A stretch of DNA of 64,000 nucleotides from Eledone cirrhosa (Eukaryota), in the NCBI GenBank assembly GCA_964016885.1, contig OZ024755.1:13392001-13456000 (forward strand). The letters run 5' to 3'. Each line of letters starts with the position of its first letter. The first letter of the stretch is position 1. This document shows, one piece after another, positions 1-11,734 of the stretch. The translations under genes were made by a program, and so were the position numbers. The notes beneath the pieces are model-generated. The model worked only from the letters and a program-made list of their open reading frames with translations, made no database searches and was not told the DNA's origin.

Positions 1-770
1 ACAATTGAACATTCCCACACTTTGATAAATAAATAAGAAGAACAGCAACTACACAAAAACAACAAAATCCTCCAGCAACAACAACAACTACTACTACTAC
101 GACAAACAAACCCAACAGTAACAACAACAACAATAACAACTACAACAATGACTATGTCAAACAAGCCCAATAGTAAAAACAACAACAACAACAACAACTA
201 CAACAATGACTATGACAAACAAACCCAACAGTAACAACAACTACAACAATGACTATGGCACATAAACCCAACAGTAACAACAACAAGAACAACACAGCAA
301 CAGCAAAACAATCCCCCCAGCAACAAGAATAAAAACAATTACAACAAGAATGACTAAAGCATACAAACCTTACAACAACAACAACAAACACATCCTTCAA
401 CAACATAGAAAAAACTAGCCAGAACAATAGCAATAGAAATAATGACAACAAAACACAACACCATTAACACTAACAACAACAACAATCCCAGCAACAACAC
501 CGTCAACAACAATAAAAAAAACAAACAAACCAAAAAAAACAAACAACCACAACAACAAAGCCATCAACAACAAAAACCTAACAAACCAACAAAAACCCTA
601 CAAAACAACAGCAACAGCAACAACATCACCACCAGCATCATCAACAACAATAACAACAACAACAATCTCAGCAACATCACCACCAGCATCATCAACAACA
701 ACAAAAACCCAACAAAACAACAACAATAACAATCATAGCAACAGCAGCATCATCATGAACAACAATTACT
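1..770. repeat. Degenerate (CAA)n low-complexity tract
   Basis: Runs of acaacaacaac with scattered substitutions; the overlapping ORFs are poly-N/Q/V/L artefacts. Confidence 0.9.
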
Positions 771-1423
771 AACAATACTGTTCACAAAGAAAATAACAAA
801 AGACCATGATAAAAACAGCAATCTAAGCAAATAAGAGAAGACAGTAATTAAGAGCATTAAATGAAACTAGCAGAAAAACCACCCTTGTGTAGTGTGTATA
901 TTGGTATTATACATAGGTATATATACATGTAGATATGATACATCAAATAAAATCGTAATTGACAATATATAATACATAGAAAGTGAACGAAGACTGCGTT
1001 ACACTGTCTTATGTAATCAGTAAAGTAATCCATGATACATTAAAAAAAGACGATATTATATATAAACTGCATTAGGAGAAAATTAGTGACGGAAAATTAG
1101 TATGTTTATTTAAGTGTTGGAAGTGTTGACATTTCAGAAATTTTAAAGAAGTGAATCTTTAAATAAACAAAATATATTTAATGAACAGCCACAACATTTA
1201 GTAGATAAATTATGTAATATTCATTCATTATTTATTCAAAGTAATCCAACTTATTTTACAAACAGGATAAAAAAAACAAAACATACGCAATCCCGCAGAT
1301 CTTCCTTTATTATAGTTTAGATATAATAATTCTTTAGAAATCAGATAAACCTATCTTTGATGTTAGTACATATAGTGTTCAATATTTTTTCTCAAGTGAT
1401 ATATTTTCAATAGACACAATATA

Positions 1424-1835
1424 CTACTACTGCTACTACTACTGCCATCACCACCACCACCACCACCACCACCACTACTACTACTACTACTATCACCATT
1501 GCCATCACCACCACTATCACTACTATTACTACCATCACCAACACAACCATGACTACTACTTCCACATCACTACTGCTACTACCACCACCACAACCACTAC
1601 CACCGCCACCACTACTACTACTATTGCTACTGCTACCTCCACCAGCACCACTACTACTATTATTGCTACTGCTACCGCTACCACCACGACCACCACTACT
1701 ACCACTACTACTATTGCTAAAACCACAGCCACCACCGCCACTAGTACTACTACTACTACTATTGCTACTGCTACCACCAGCACCACTACTACTACTATTG
1801 CTACCACCACCACCACTACTACTACTACTACTACT
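1424..1835. repeat. Compound (CTA)n/(CCA)n trinucleotide microsatellite
   Basis: Alternating ctactacta and ccaccacca blocks. Confidence 0.9.
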
Positions 1836-2456
1836 CAGGTTTTTAGTTGTATCAAAAAAGGTGCCTGATTCTCCACTGTATAAAAGTATGCCATATTGAT
1901 TGCAGTTTCTTTTCAGTATATATGTGTGTGTGTATACTCTAGTGGGTTATGATCTACCTGGTTTTTACCACACCCTATCTGATATATACGTGTGTGTGTA
2001 TGTATATATATATATGTACTGTAAGTATCTAAGACTTTCCTACAGGTGTAAGCATGGTGTCAAAGGGTCATTAAGGTATTGAACATCTACTTTGTCTATT
2101 CAATCAGCCATTATCTCTATCTTGCCCTTTATCATTAACACTCTACTTCACCTGCATTTTTACTACCGTTATCACATTTCCCTTCATCATCATATACATT
2201 ATCATTATCTTTCTTATCTCCACTCTCCTACTACCATTGCATTATCAACTATTATCTCTCTCACAACCACCCTACCACCACCACCACTACTACTGCTACT
2301 AATACTATAACTACTACAAAACCATCACCTATTAATCAATCTCCAACCCAATCTCTTAACGCCCCACTACATTTAATTCCCATCATGGTGACTGTATCAT
2401 TAGGAAGGGCATCAGATATCTCTCCACACTCAGTACCTCCGTATATATATATATAT

Positions 2457-2800
2457 CATCATCATCATCATTTCATTTTACGTCCGCTTTTTCCCTGCTT
2501 GCAAGGGTGGGACGGGAACTGATTCTGGCTTGATTTCTACAGCTGGATGCCCTTCCTAACACCAACTTCATTTACAGTGAGTGCTGGGTGCTTTTTTGCC
2601 GTGGCACCTCCACGACCACTTTGCAGTGGAATGATAGGGACCCCAGTCCCTATCATCTCATTTCTACAGCTGAGTAAACTGGAGCAATGTGAAATAAAGT
2701 GTCTTGCTCAAGGAAACAACACATCACCCGGTCTGAGAATTGAACTCACAACCTTTCGATTGCAAGGCCAATGCTCTAACCACTAAGCCATGTGCCTCCA
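2457..2800 (-). mobile_element. tRNA-derived SINE with RTE-type 3' tail
   Basis: Minus strand starts tggaggcacatggcttagtggttagagc (A box) ... gagttcaattc (B box), then ccttgagcaagacacttt, then a tail nearly identical to the RTE 3' UTR at ~13144-13260, ending in (GAT)n. Confidence 0.85.
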
Positions 2801-2929
2801 TATATGTTAAGTATTTCCATAGAAAAGGTAAAGAAAGAAGAGTGCTCTATGTATAGTACAGAGCTATTTAAAAATATATGTATATATAAAAAGAATTCGG
2901 CAATGTGGGTTTGGATGAAGAATAATTAA

Positions 2930-4135
2930 ATCGTAAGAAGCCAGGGCCATAGAAAATATCAAAACAAACCCTAAGGCCTTTAAATTTGCAAAACAAACTG
3001 CCTTGGTACACTGCAAGATTGGGCCACTCTTCCATAAAGATGGTTCATTAATTGAGGATCCCAAGAGATAAGTGAAATGTTGAATGAACAGTACAAAAGT
3101 GTGTTCACACCCCCATTGAGGCACATGCAAATAATAAAGCGAGAGGAGTTCTTTGATGCCACAACACTCCACAAAGAAATGGCGACCATCAACCACATAG
3201 ACATAATGGAGGAATATGTGATATCTGCCATAGACGAAATTAGAACAAACTCAGCTGCTGGATTCCCAGCAGTCCTCCTAAAAGCATGTAAGTGTACCTT
3301 AGCAAGACCACTGAAGATCCTCTTCAGAAGTTCTTTGGCTAGCGGTAAACTACCTGAGAGCTAAAAGAAGGCACAATATGCCCTATCCATAAAGGAGGAA
3401 GCAGAGTGGAGGCCAAAAATTACAGGCCAGTATCCCTTATGTCACATATAAGTAAGGTCATGGAATGAATCATCAGAAAGGAACTGATCACATTCCTCAA
3501 GGAAAATGACCGCCCAGCTAGCACGCAGCATGGCTTTCACCCAGGAAGAAGCTGCCTTACACAGCTGTTAGATCACTATGACAGAGTACTGAAACAACTG
3601 CTGAATAGCTCACATGTGGATGTGATATATCTTGACTTTGCAAAGGCCTTTGACAAGGATGACCACAGAAAGATATGTCACAGACTACACAGACTCGGCA
3701 TAACTGGAAAAGTAGGTGAGTGGCTGCATGATTTCTTAAAAGACAGAAGCCAGACAGTTGCAGCAAATGGGGCCCTCTCAAAGGAAACAATACAACCCAG
3801 CTACACCGGACCAGGAGGGATCGAAATCCCCGTGTTGAAATCGATATGAGACCTGGGGATAGACATGAGTAACGATGCATCTTTTTCTTCACACATCATG
3901 AGGGTGGCGACAATGTGCAGACGACTCGCTGGCTGGATCTTGAGGACTTTCCGGACAAGAGACCATGTTGATACTATGAGAGGACATTTGTCCTAAGCCA
4001 CCTGGACTATTGCTCCCAGCTGTGGTCACCCATAGTATCAAACTAACCACGGAGTTTGAGGCAATCCAACGAAGCTACACTAAGAGGATGGCCATGATAG
4101 AGATGAGCTACTGGGAGAGGCTAAAAGAACTGGTC
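2930..4135 (+). pseudogene. Decayed CR1/L2-group LINE reverse transcriptase
   Basis: Frameshifted pieces: AIENIKTNPKAF, LARPLKILFRSSLASGKLP, NYRPVSL, QHGF.PGRSCLTQL, DVIYLDFAKAFDK, LDYCSQLW, SYWERLKEL. Confidence 0.85.
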
Positions 4136-4619
4136 TGTAGAACAAAGGGAAAGGAGTAAGATGACATTCTGACCTGTGGAAGCCAGGTCGGTCATGCGTT
4201 AAAAGAGAATTATTTACAACTATCTCTAATGGGAGTAAAATCAGCACATGAGAATCAAGGAATATTGTAGAGTGAAAGTCAGTATGCCAGGTCTAACAGA
4301 TCTAAGTGAGTATGCCAGGTCAAGGTGAATATTACACCCCTTGCCGTTCGTAGAATCTTACGAACAGCAATTTTTAGACACACCGGATTAATGAAACAAT
4401 TATTAATACTTTGAATAAACCCTACTGTACAGCCGATCCACATTACTCTTCACTCATTTTCTATTATTACTTACCTAAGAACTGTCTTGAATCGGCCACC
4501 TGACTAAGGAAACTTCCTGTTGAGTCAAACAACGCTGAACGTTAAAGCTATCCTCGATACAGAATACTCATAACCTTTACTTGGATTACCTTAAACGATA
4601 TCTCCTTAACTTATATAAT

Positions 4620-4925
4620 CATACATATATAAATAAATAACGAATGTATATTAAGTGCCTAAAGAAACTAAGAAGGTATATGAAGTTTCTAAGGAAAGGA
4701 ACAAAGAATGTGAGTTTAAGAAACTAAGAATATATATGAAACAACAATGGAAATGACGAAAAAAGAAACTAAGAATGTAAATGAAGTGCATAAAACTAAA
4801 ATGTAAATCAAGTATCTATAGAAAGAAACTAAGAATGTAGATGAAGTATCTAAAGATAGTTAACACTGATCAACAATTAATCTTTGATTACGATGATGAT
4901 ATCTAGAAAAAAAAATTCGTTCAAT
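4620..4925 (-). repeat. Inverted copy of part of the local complex repeat unit (aaagaaactaagaatg sub-repeats)
   Basis: 4858-4924 gttaacactgatcaacaattaatctttgattacgatg...aattcgttcaa is the reverse complement of ~12843-12905 and ~25612-25675. Confidence 0.75.
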
Positions 4926-5111
4926 ACGAGAGGGGAGTAATATTCACTCTGACCAAAGACGACAGATTTCAAAAGATTTTGGTTAATATTAATAATTAAA
5001 TAATTATTTCTGACATTTGAATAAGCCCTACTGTACAGCCGATCCACGTTACTCTTCACTCATTTATATAGTCACACATTACAACATGTATATATCATAC
5101 TTCTGATAAAT

Positions 5112-5395
5112 TTTCCTACGTCCAGCTAAACCATGATCACTGTAAGATTAGAGGTGAAAGAAGCAGTTTTAGGGTGTATACTTCCTTACAGCCAACTAAA
5201 TCCTGGTCAATGCCAGGTTAGAGGATGAAAGGAACGGCTTTAGGGCGTGGTTTGCTTGTAGGCTTTTCTTGGACCAGCTAAACCCTGGTCATCTACAGCT
5301 AACTAAACCTAGGTCAATGCCACGTCAGATGGCGAAATAAGCAGTTTAAGATCATAAACTTCTCGTAGGATCTCCTACGGCCAGTTAAACCTCGC
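5112..5395 (+). repeat. Degenerate ~82/62-bp tandem array, copy 1
   Basis: Units of ggccagctaaaccctggtcaatgccaggttagagggcgaaagaagcagttttagggcgtatacttctcgtaggatcctctac type. Confidence 0.8.
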
Positions 5396-6106
5396 TTGTC
5401 TCTTTTACTCCAGATAATGGAACAGGGGACTTTGTTAAAAGCTTTCTCTGGAAGAAATCTGCTGTATACTTCTTTCTGTGTTGTTAGCAGCCAACAGTAG
5501 TTAGGGTGTTAATCCTGGATAGATTGGCATCCTATCAAGGGAGAGTCTTGTACTCTGAGCCACTTAACAAGGAAACCCGATGATGAACTTAGAACAAACT
5601 ATATACTAATTTTTTAATTTACAAAAACATGTCTATTAATTGTTCAGCATATATCTACTAAATTTCTTTCTCTCTCTATATATACTCATAGTTACATCTT
5701 CTAAAAAACTAAACTAAGCCATCTCTACACTATATACATACATTCTAAGAAATATAACTCAAGCTTCTCTCTACACACATAGCTTCTCTCTACACACATA
5801 CAGATACATTCTGTTATCTCTCTATAAACCTTACTCTGTAGACCAGCGCTCTACCTTTATTGAACCGGTGACACAAAAATACGTATATTCTTCTAAGAAA
5901 AATATATAAACCCGCTTCTCTCTTCTAAGAATTAAAACGAAACCTCTATATACAGCTACATTTCTATATTTCTTTCAAGCATGTCCGCTTCATTTCTTGC
6001 ATACATGCGACCTTTTTTGTCAACAGTGGTTGTAGTAGTACCCCTCCAATCAACCCATTACAGGGCACATCTTACTAGTTTAATACTAGTATATATATAT
6101 ATATAT

Positions 6107-6494
6107 CATCATCATCATCATCATCAACGTTTAACGTCCGTGTTCCACGCTTGCATGGGTTTGGACGGGGGTAGTCCCACTTGAGGCAAGAGTGATTGTC
6201 TTGCTCGCATAGGACTGTCTGGCAGGTTTTCTACAGTTGGATGCCCTTCCTAACACCAACCACATTTACAGTGTGGGTCTGGGAGGTTTTTACCGTGTTG
6301 CCTACACGGCCACATTACAGCGTGGACTGTGTGTTTTTTTGTCGTGACACCTACACGATCTCATTTGTTTCGGCCTCGATGGCGCGGCACCAACATAACT
6401 TTACATAGAACGGGGTGGTGTGGATGGGGTGGTGGTGGTGGGACGGGGTGTATTTTGTTAGAGATGCCTACTGGCTGGAGTAGGTTTTACTATA

Positions 6495-6500
<6 letters not shown>
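6107..6500 (-). mobile_element. RTE LINE 3' UTR-only copy inside a (TA)n tract
   Basis: Identical by eye to 9253-9640; (CAT)n tail on the + strand; TA repeats on both sides. Confidence 0.92.
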
Positions 6501-6549
<49 letters not shown>

Positions 6550-6617
6550 AAGACAGACAGAACAAAATAAATTAGTCACAGAATGTGTGACGAAAAAGCT
6601 TTAACAATAAACAACCG

Positions 6618-7608
6618 TAAACATCTCGTACGATCCTGTACGGCCAACTGAACCATAATCAGCGCCTGCTTAGAGGGTGTAAACTTCTTGTAGGATCCTC
6701 TACAGGAAGCTAAACCCAGGTCGCCAAAACCTCCCTTCTCCACAGTTGCTGAATTCCAAGTGAGAGGGTGATTGAAGCAGTTTCAGGACGTATACATCTC
6801 GTGGGATCCTCTACAGCCAGTTAAACCTTGGTCAATGCCAGGTTAGATGGCGAAATAAGCAGTTTAAGGGTGTTAACTTCTCATAGGATCCTCTACGTTC
6901 AGCTAAACCATTATCAATGCTTGCTTAGAGGGTGTAAACATCTCGTGGGAACCTCAACAACTAGCTAAGCCCTGGCCAATGCCGTGAGAGGGCAACTGAA
7001 GGACTTTAAGGGCGTAAACATCTCGTACGATCCTCTACGGCCAGCTAAACCATGGTCAATGTCAGAGGGTGAAAGAAGCAGTTTTAGAGTGTATACTTCC
7101 CATAGTGTTTCCTACGGCCAGCTACAAGTTAGAGGGCGAGAGAAGCATATACTTCACATAGTATCTCTTATGGCCAAAGAAGCAGTTTTATAGCGTATAC
7201 GTCCCATAGGATGTCCTACGGCTAATTAACCATAATCAGTGCCTGCTTAGAGGGTGTAAACTTATCGTAGGATCCTCTACAGCCAGCTAAACCGTGGTCA
7301 CCAAAACCAGTTGGTGAATTGCAGGTGAGAGGGTGATTGAAGCTGTTTAAGGGCGTATACTTCTCGTGGGATCTTCTACGGCCAGCTAAACCATGATCAG
7401 TGCATGCTTAGAGGGTGTAAACATCTCGTAGGAATCTCTACAGCCAGCTAAACCCTGGTCAATGTCAGGTTAGAGGGCGGGAGAAGCATATACTTCACAT
7501 AGTATCTCCTATGACCAAAGAAGCAGTTTTATAGCGTATACGTCCCATAGGATGTCCTACGGCCAACTAAACGCTGGTCAGTACCAGGTAAGAGGGCGAA
7601 AGAAGCAA
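6618..7608 (+). repeat. Degenerate ~82/62-bp tandem array, copy 2 (longest)
   Basis: ggatcctctac..gccagctaaacc recurs at 82-bp (6804 to 6886) and ~62-bp spacing. Confidence 0.85.
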
Positions 7609-7789
7609 GTCAATAATGTTGCTGGACTATCGTCTATACGGAGGGAAGTGATTATTCATTGAAATATATACATATATATAAACGAAATGAATGGACCACC
7701 TTGGAGATAATTCGCAGAGTTTTTGCTAAAAAAACGTGAATTATCTCCCCTTGGATTTAGATTTTTATATACGTAATATAGAGTTTCTT

Positions 7790-8110
7790 TCGACTTTTCA
7801 CAAAACGCTAATTTCATATAGATTTTTTTTTTTCGACACTTTCAAAAACGCTCGTTTCATATAGATTTTTTTTTTGACTTTTCAAAAACACACATTTCAT
7901 ATAGATTTTTTTTCGACACTTTCAAAAACACACATTTCATATAGATGTTTTTTCTACACTTTCAAAAACGCTCGTTTCATATAGATTTTTTTTTTGACTT
8001 TTCAAAAACACACATTTCATATAGTTTTTCTTTTGACACTTTCAAAAAAACACACTTCATATAGATTTTTTCGACCCTTTCAAAAACACACATTTGATAT
8101 AGATTCTTTT
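7790..8110 (+). repeat. ~40-bp minisatellite ttttcaaaaacacacatttcatatagatttttttcgacac
   Basis: About 8 tandem units; single units recur at ~27528-27575 and inverted at ~26945-26970. Confidence 0.85.
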
Positions 8111-8344
8111 TCTACATTCTTAGTTTCTTTTTTACATTCTTAGTTTTAGACACTTCGTTTTTAGTTTCTTTTTTCGTCATTTAGATTCTTAGTTTTAGAT
8201 ACTTCATCTACATTCTTAGTTTCTTTTTTTAAACACTCAATCTACATTCTTATATACACTGTTCAAGGGAGACAACTCTTACTTTGAAAGAGTTACATCC
8301 CTCGATTTTTTAAATTGATGTCGCTAAAGTGGAGAAATCAATAG

Positions 8345-8825
8345 GCTAGAGGATGAAAGTAACGGCTTTAGTGCGTGGTTTGCTTGTAGGCTTTTCTAGG
8401 ACCAGCTAAACCCTGGTCCTCTACAGCTAACTAAACCTTGGTCAATGCCAGGTCAGATGGCGAAATAAGCAGTTTAAGATCATAAACTTCTCGTAGCATC
8501 TCCTACGGCCAGTTAAACCTCGCCTGTCTCTCTTACTCCAGATAATGGAACAGGGGACTTTGTTAAAAGCTTTCTCTGGAAGAAATCTGCTGTATACTTC
8601 TTTCTGTGTTGTTAGCAGCCAACACACTCAAGTGTAAAAGATAAAAAAAATTTATTTCATGTTGTTCCAGTACACTCAGTAATTAAGGAGTTAATCCTGC
8701 GATAGACCGGTATCCTATCGAGGGAGATGATAAACTTAGAACAAACTTTATATATACTAATTTTTTAATTTACAGAAACATGTATATTAACTTATATATT
8801 AATTGTTCGGTATATATCTACTAAA
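8345..8825 (+). repeat. Direct duplicate of ~5218-5660 (array copy 3 plus downstream block)
   Basis: gaggatgaaag...ttactccagataatggaacaggggactttgttaaaagctttctctggaagaaatctgc... shared almost verbatim. Confidence 0.85.
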
Positions 8826-8827
8826 TA

Positions 8828-9228
8828 CAGGGTGAGTCAAAATTATGTTAACACTAGTATGGGAGAAATCATTTATTCAGAATTTACTGAACAGTCTCAG
8901 CCTGGTCACCAGCAGGATCAATACACAAAAACCAGCGATCAACAGTACAAATTAGTGCCTTGACACACGTGGGGAATACTTGATATGACACCTTGTATTC
9001 TGTCCTTGAGTTCATCGATGTCTCTAACTTTTTTGCTATACACGCGCTCCTTTACCATGACCCATAACCAGAAGTCACAGGGTGTCAGGTCAGGGGAGTG
9101 TGCAGGCCATGTCAATGGTCCACCGCAACCTGTCCAACGATTTGGAAATGTTTGGTCGAGAAAAGCACGAACAGTACGTCTATCTGTAACAGAACAGAAA
9201 AGTGTTAACATAATTTTGACTCACCTTG
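8828..9228 (-). mobile_element. Tc1/mariner internal-deletion derivative (MITE-like)
   Basis: TIRs cagggtgagtcaaaattatgttaacact / agtgttaacataattttgactcaccttg, TA on both sides, transposase remnant WPAHSPDLTPCDFWLW; absent from the paralogous site at ~24645. Confidence 0.93.
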
Positions 9229-9252
9229 TACTAGTAGTGTTTTAATTAACTT

Positions 9253-11713
9253 CATCATCATCATCAACGTTTAACGTCCGTGTTCCACGCTTGCATGGGT
9301 TTGGACGGGGGTAGTCCCACTTGAGGCAAGAGTGATTGTCTTGCTCGCATAGGACTGTCTGGCAGGTTTTCTACAGTTGGATGCCCTTCCTAACACCAAC
9401 CACATTTACAGTGTGGGTCTGGGAGGTTTTTACCGTGTTGCCTACACGGCCACATTACAGCGTGGACTGTGTGTTTTTTTGTCGTGACACCTACACGATC
9501 TCATTTGTTTCGGCCTCGATGGCGCGGCACCAACATAACTTTACATAGAACGGGGTGGTGTGGATGGGGTGGTGGTGGTGGGACGGGGTGTATTTTGTTA
9601 GAGATGCCTACTGGCTGGAGTAGGTTTTACTATATATTTAGGTAAGGCGGGTCTTCTCTGTTACTGAGTACCGCCAAAGGTCTCGGTCCAGTGACATTGT
9701 CTTGGAGAGGTGTAAGTGTGTGATGTCGGAGTTTATCAGCTCGTCCCAGGTTTTTCTAGGTCTGCCTATTCCGTGACTACCGTCTATCTTTATTGCCCTG
9801 CACTTTGTTATACAGCTATCGACTTTCATGCGCATCACGTGTCCATACCAACGTAGCCTTCTCTCGAGTAAACAACATCTAATCCCTCTTATCTCTAATT
9901 TTTTCCTTAGTTCGTTTATGCTTTGCCGTTCACGTATATTACTGTTACACATCCAGCGGAGCATGCAAGCTTCGTTCCTCTCTAGTCTGCGTATATCCTC
10001 TGCACACAATGCCCAGGTCTCACTGCCATGCAGCATTGCTGTTCGTATGCAGGCATCGTACAACCTGCCTTTCATTTTTAGGGAGAACCCTTTAGCAGCT
10101 AATAGTGGTATAAGCTCTCTGAACTTTTTCCAACCAGTTCTGACTCTAGCTACAGTACTTTCAGAGCACCCTCCCCCACTGCTGATTTTATCGCCCAGGT
10201 AACGGAAGCTGTCCACTATTTCTATAGAACCCTCTGCGCAATTGAAAGAGTTAGTATTTTGTGGGCACTTGCTGCTACTTATTGCACCAGAACACCGGCC
10301 ACATGTAAAATCTATGTTCTTAGTTAGCTTACCTGTGATCCCACTACATCTTTTATGCACCCATACTTTGCATTTAGGACATAAAATGGAGTTTCTACCT
10401 ACGCCTTTCCTACACACCGAGCACGACCATTTCCCAGAAGGGACCGCCGCCTTGTTTTCTTTCCTACAAACTAGTACTTTGGTCTTAGCCAGGTTAATTT
10501 TAAGTCCTTTTGACTCTAGGCCGTGCTTCCATGTTTGGAATTTCTTCTCTAGCTCGGCCATTGATTCCGCTATGAGTGTCAGGTCGTCTGCGTATAGGAG
10601 TTCCCATGGGCAGCCTGTCTTGAACTCCTCTGTTATAGACTGAAGGGCAATAATAAATAGTAGTGGGCTGAGAACAGAGCCCTGATGGACGCCAACTTTT
10701 ACGCTAAACTCTTCACTATATTCGTTGTTAATTCTAACCTTGCTGACTGTTTTTTTATACATGGCTTGTATAGCCCTCACAAGCCATTCGTCAACGCCTA
10801 GTTTTCTAAGAGCCCACCAGATAATGGAGCGGGGGACTCTGTCGAAGGCTTTCTCCAAGTCGACAAAAGCTAAGTAGAGGGGTTTACCTTTAGCTAGGTA
10901 CTTCTCCTGTAGTTGTCGTACCATGAAAAGAGCGTCTGTGGTACTTTTGCCTGACACAAACCCGAACTGCATTTCATCTAGGTCAATTCTCTCTCTGATT
11001 AGTTGCGCTATTACTTTTTCCGTGACCTTCATGACCTGGTCGATTAATTTAATGCCTCTATAGTTACTCCTATCTAGGGCGTCTCCTTTACCCTTATAAC
11101 AGTTAACGATGATGCTGCTATGCCAGTCCTTCGGAACAACCCCATTCTGTACGACTTGGTTAACTATGCGGGTGACCATGGTGTGTCCCACCGTGCCAGA
11201 TGCCTTCAGCATCTCAGCAACTATTTCCGAAGGCCCAGCCGCCTTACCCGTCTTCATATCCTTGATTGCCTTACTTATTATACTCCCCTCGACTAACACT
11301 GCTGGTCCCTCTATTGGGTCGATATGGGGGAGACTGTCTTTCTCCCATTTATTCTCCTCATTTAGTAGCCTTTCATAGTGACACTTCCAAGCTACCTTCT
11401 TATCAGCGTCGGTGATGGCAAGTGTGCCATCGTCGTTTAGTACACACTTCTCCCCGACAATATCACGGTTTTCCTTGACGCATTGCCTAGCAATCCTGAA
11501 AACCTCACGTTTTTGGTCATCGCGTTGTAGAACATGCTTGAACTTTCTTTCCTCAGCTTCCCTTCTTGCTAAGTACACTTGTCTCCTAGCTTCCCTCCTG
11601 GCCACTTGATAGTCTTCTCTACTTCCCCCATCCCGCCATACTTTCCAAGCCTGCTTTTTGGCCTTAATTGACCCCTCCACCTTACTGTTCCACCACCATG
11701 TTACTCTCCTCCT
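9253..11713 (-). mobile_element. RTE-clade LINE, 5'-truncated, young
   Basis: Intact RT ORF, ~385-nt 3' UTR, (GAT)n tail, candidate TSD taactt (9247-9252 / 11734-11739); empty site at ~24665. Confidence 0.95.
9638..11713 (-). CDS. RTE reverse transcriptase ORF (endonuclease lost by truncation) with PHD-like zinc finger
   Basis: NYRGIKLI, QFGF, AFVDLEKAFDRVP, GVHQGSVLSPLLF, LLYADDL, FRYLG, GRPRKTW. The frame stays open past the called start (11680) to the truncation point (RRRVTWWWNSKVE). Confidence 0.93.
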   Translation of the reverse strand, partial: RRRVTWWWNSKVEGSIKAKKQAWKVWRDGGSREDYQVARREARRQVYLARREAEERKFKHVLQRDDQKREVFRIARQCVKENRDIVGEKCVLNDDGTLAITDADKKVAWKCHYERLLNEENKWEKDSLPHIDPIEGPAVLVEGSIISKAIKDMKTGKAAGPSEIVAEMLKASGTVGHTMVTRIVNQVVQNGVVPKDWHSSIIVNCYKGKGDALDRSNYRGIKLIDQVMKVTEKVIAQLIRERIDLDEMQFGFVSGKSTTDALFMVRQLQEKYLAKGKPLYLAFVDLEKAFDRVPRSIIWWALRKLGVDEWLVRAIQAMYKKTVSKVRINNEYSEEFSVKVGVHQGSVLSPLLFIIALQSITEEFKTGCPWELLYADDLTLIAESMAELEKKFQTWKHGLESKGLKINLAKTKVLVCRKENKAAVPSGKWSCSVCRKGVGRNSILCPKCKVWVHKRCSGITGKLTKNIDFTCGRCSGAISSSKCPQNTNSFNCAEGSIEIVDSFRYLGDKISSGGGCSESTVARVRTGWKKFRELIPLLAAKGFSLKMKGRLYDACIRTAMLHGSETWALCAEDIRRLERNEACMLRWMCNSNIRERQSINELRKKLEIRGIRCCLLERRLRWYGHVMRMKVDSCITKCRAIKIDGSHGIGRPRKTWDELINSDITHLHLSKTMSLDRDLWRYSVTEKTRLT

Positions 11714-11734
11714 TATATATATATATATATATAT

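Noticed and set aside
1270-1325. Helitron-like 5' end (tctaaactataataaagg on the minus strand)
   Set aside because: No matching 3' hairpin-CTAG found nearby.
152-2310. Poly-N/Q/L/P/V ORFs
   Set aside because: Trinucleotide repeats with no domain or splice evidence.
9828-11609. Plus-strand ORFs over the RTE (likewise over the other LINEs)
   Set aside because: Antisense shadows of the real minus-strand ORFs.
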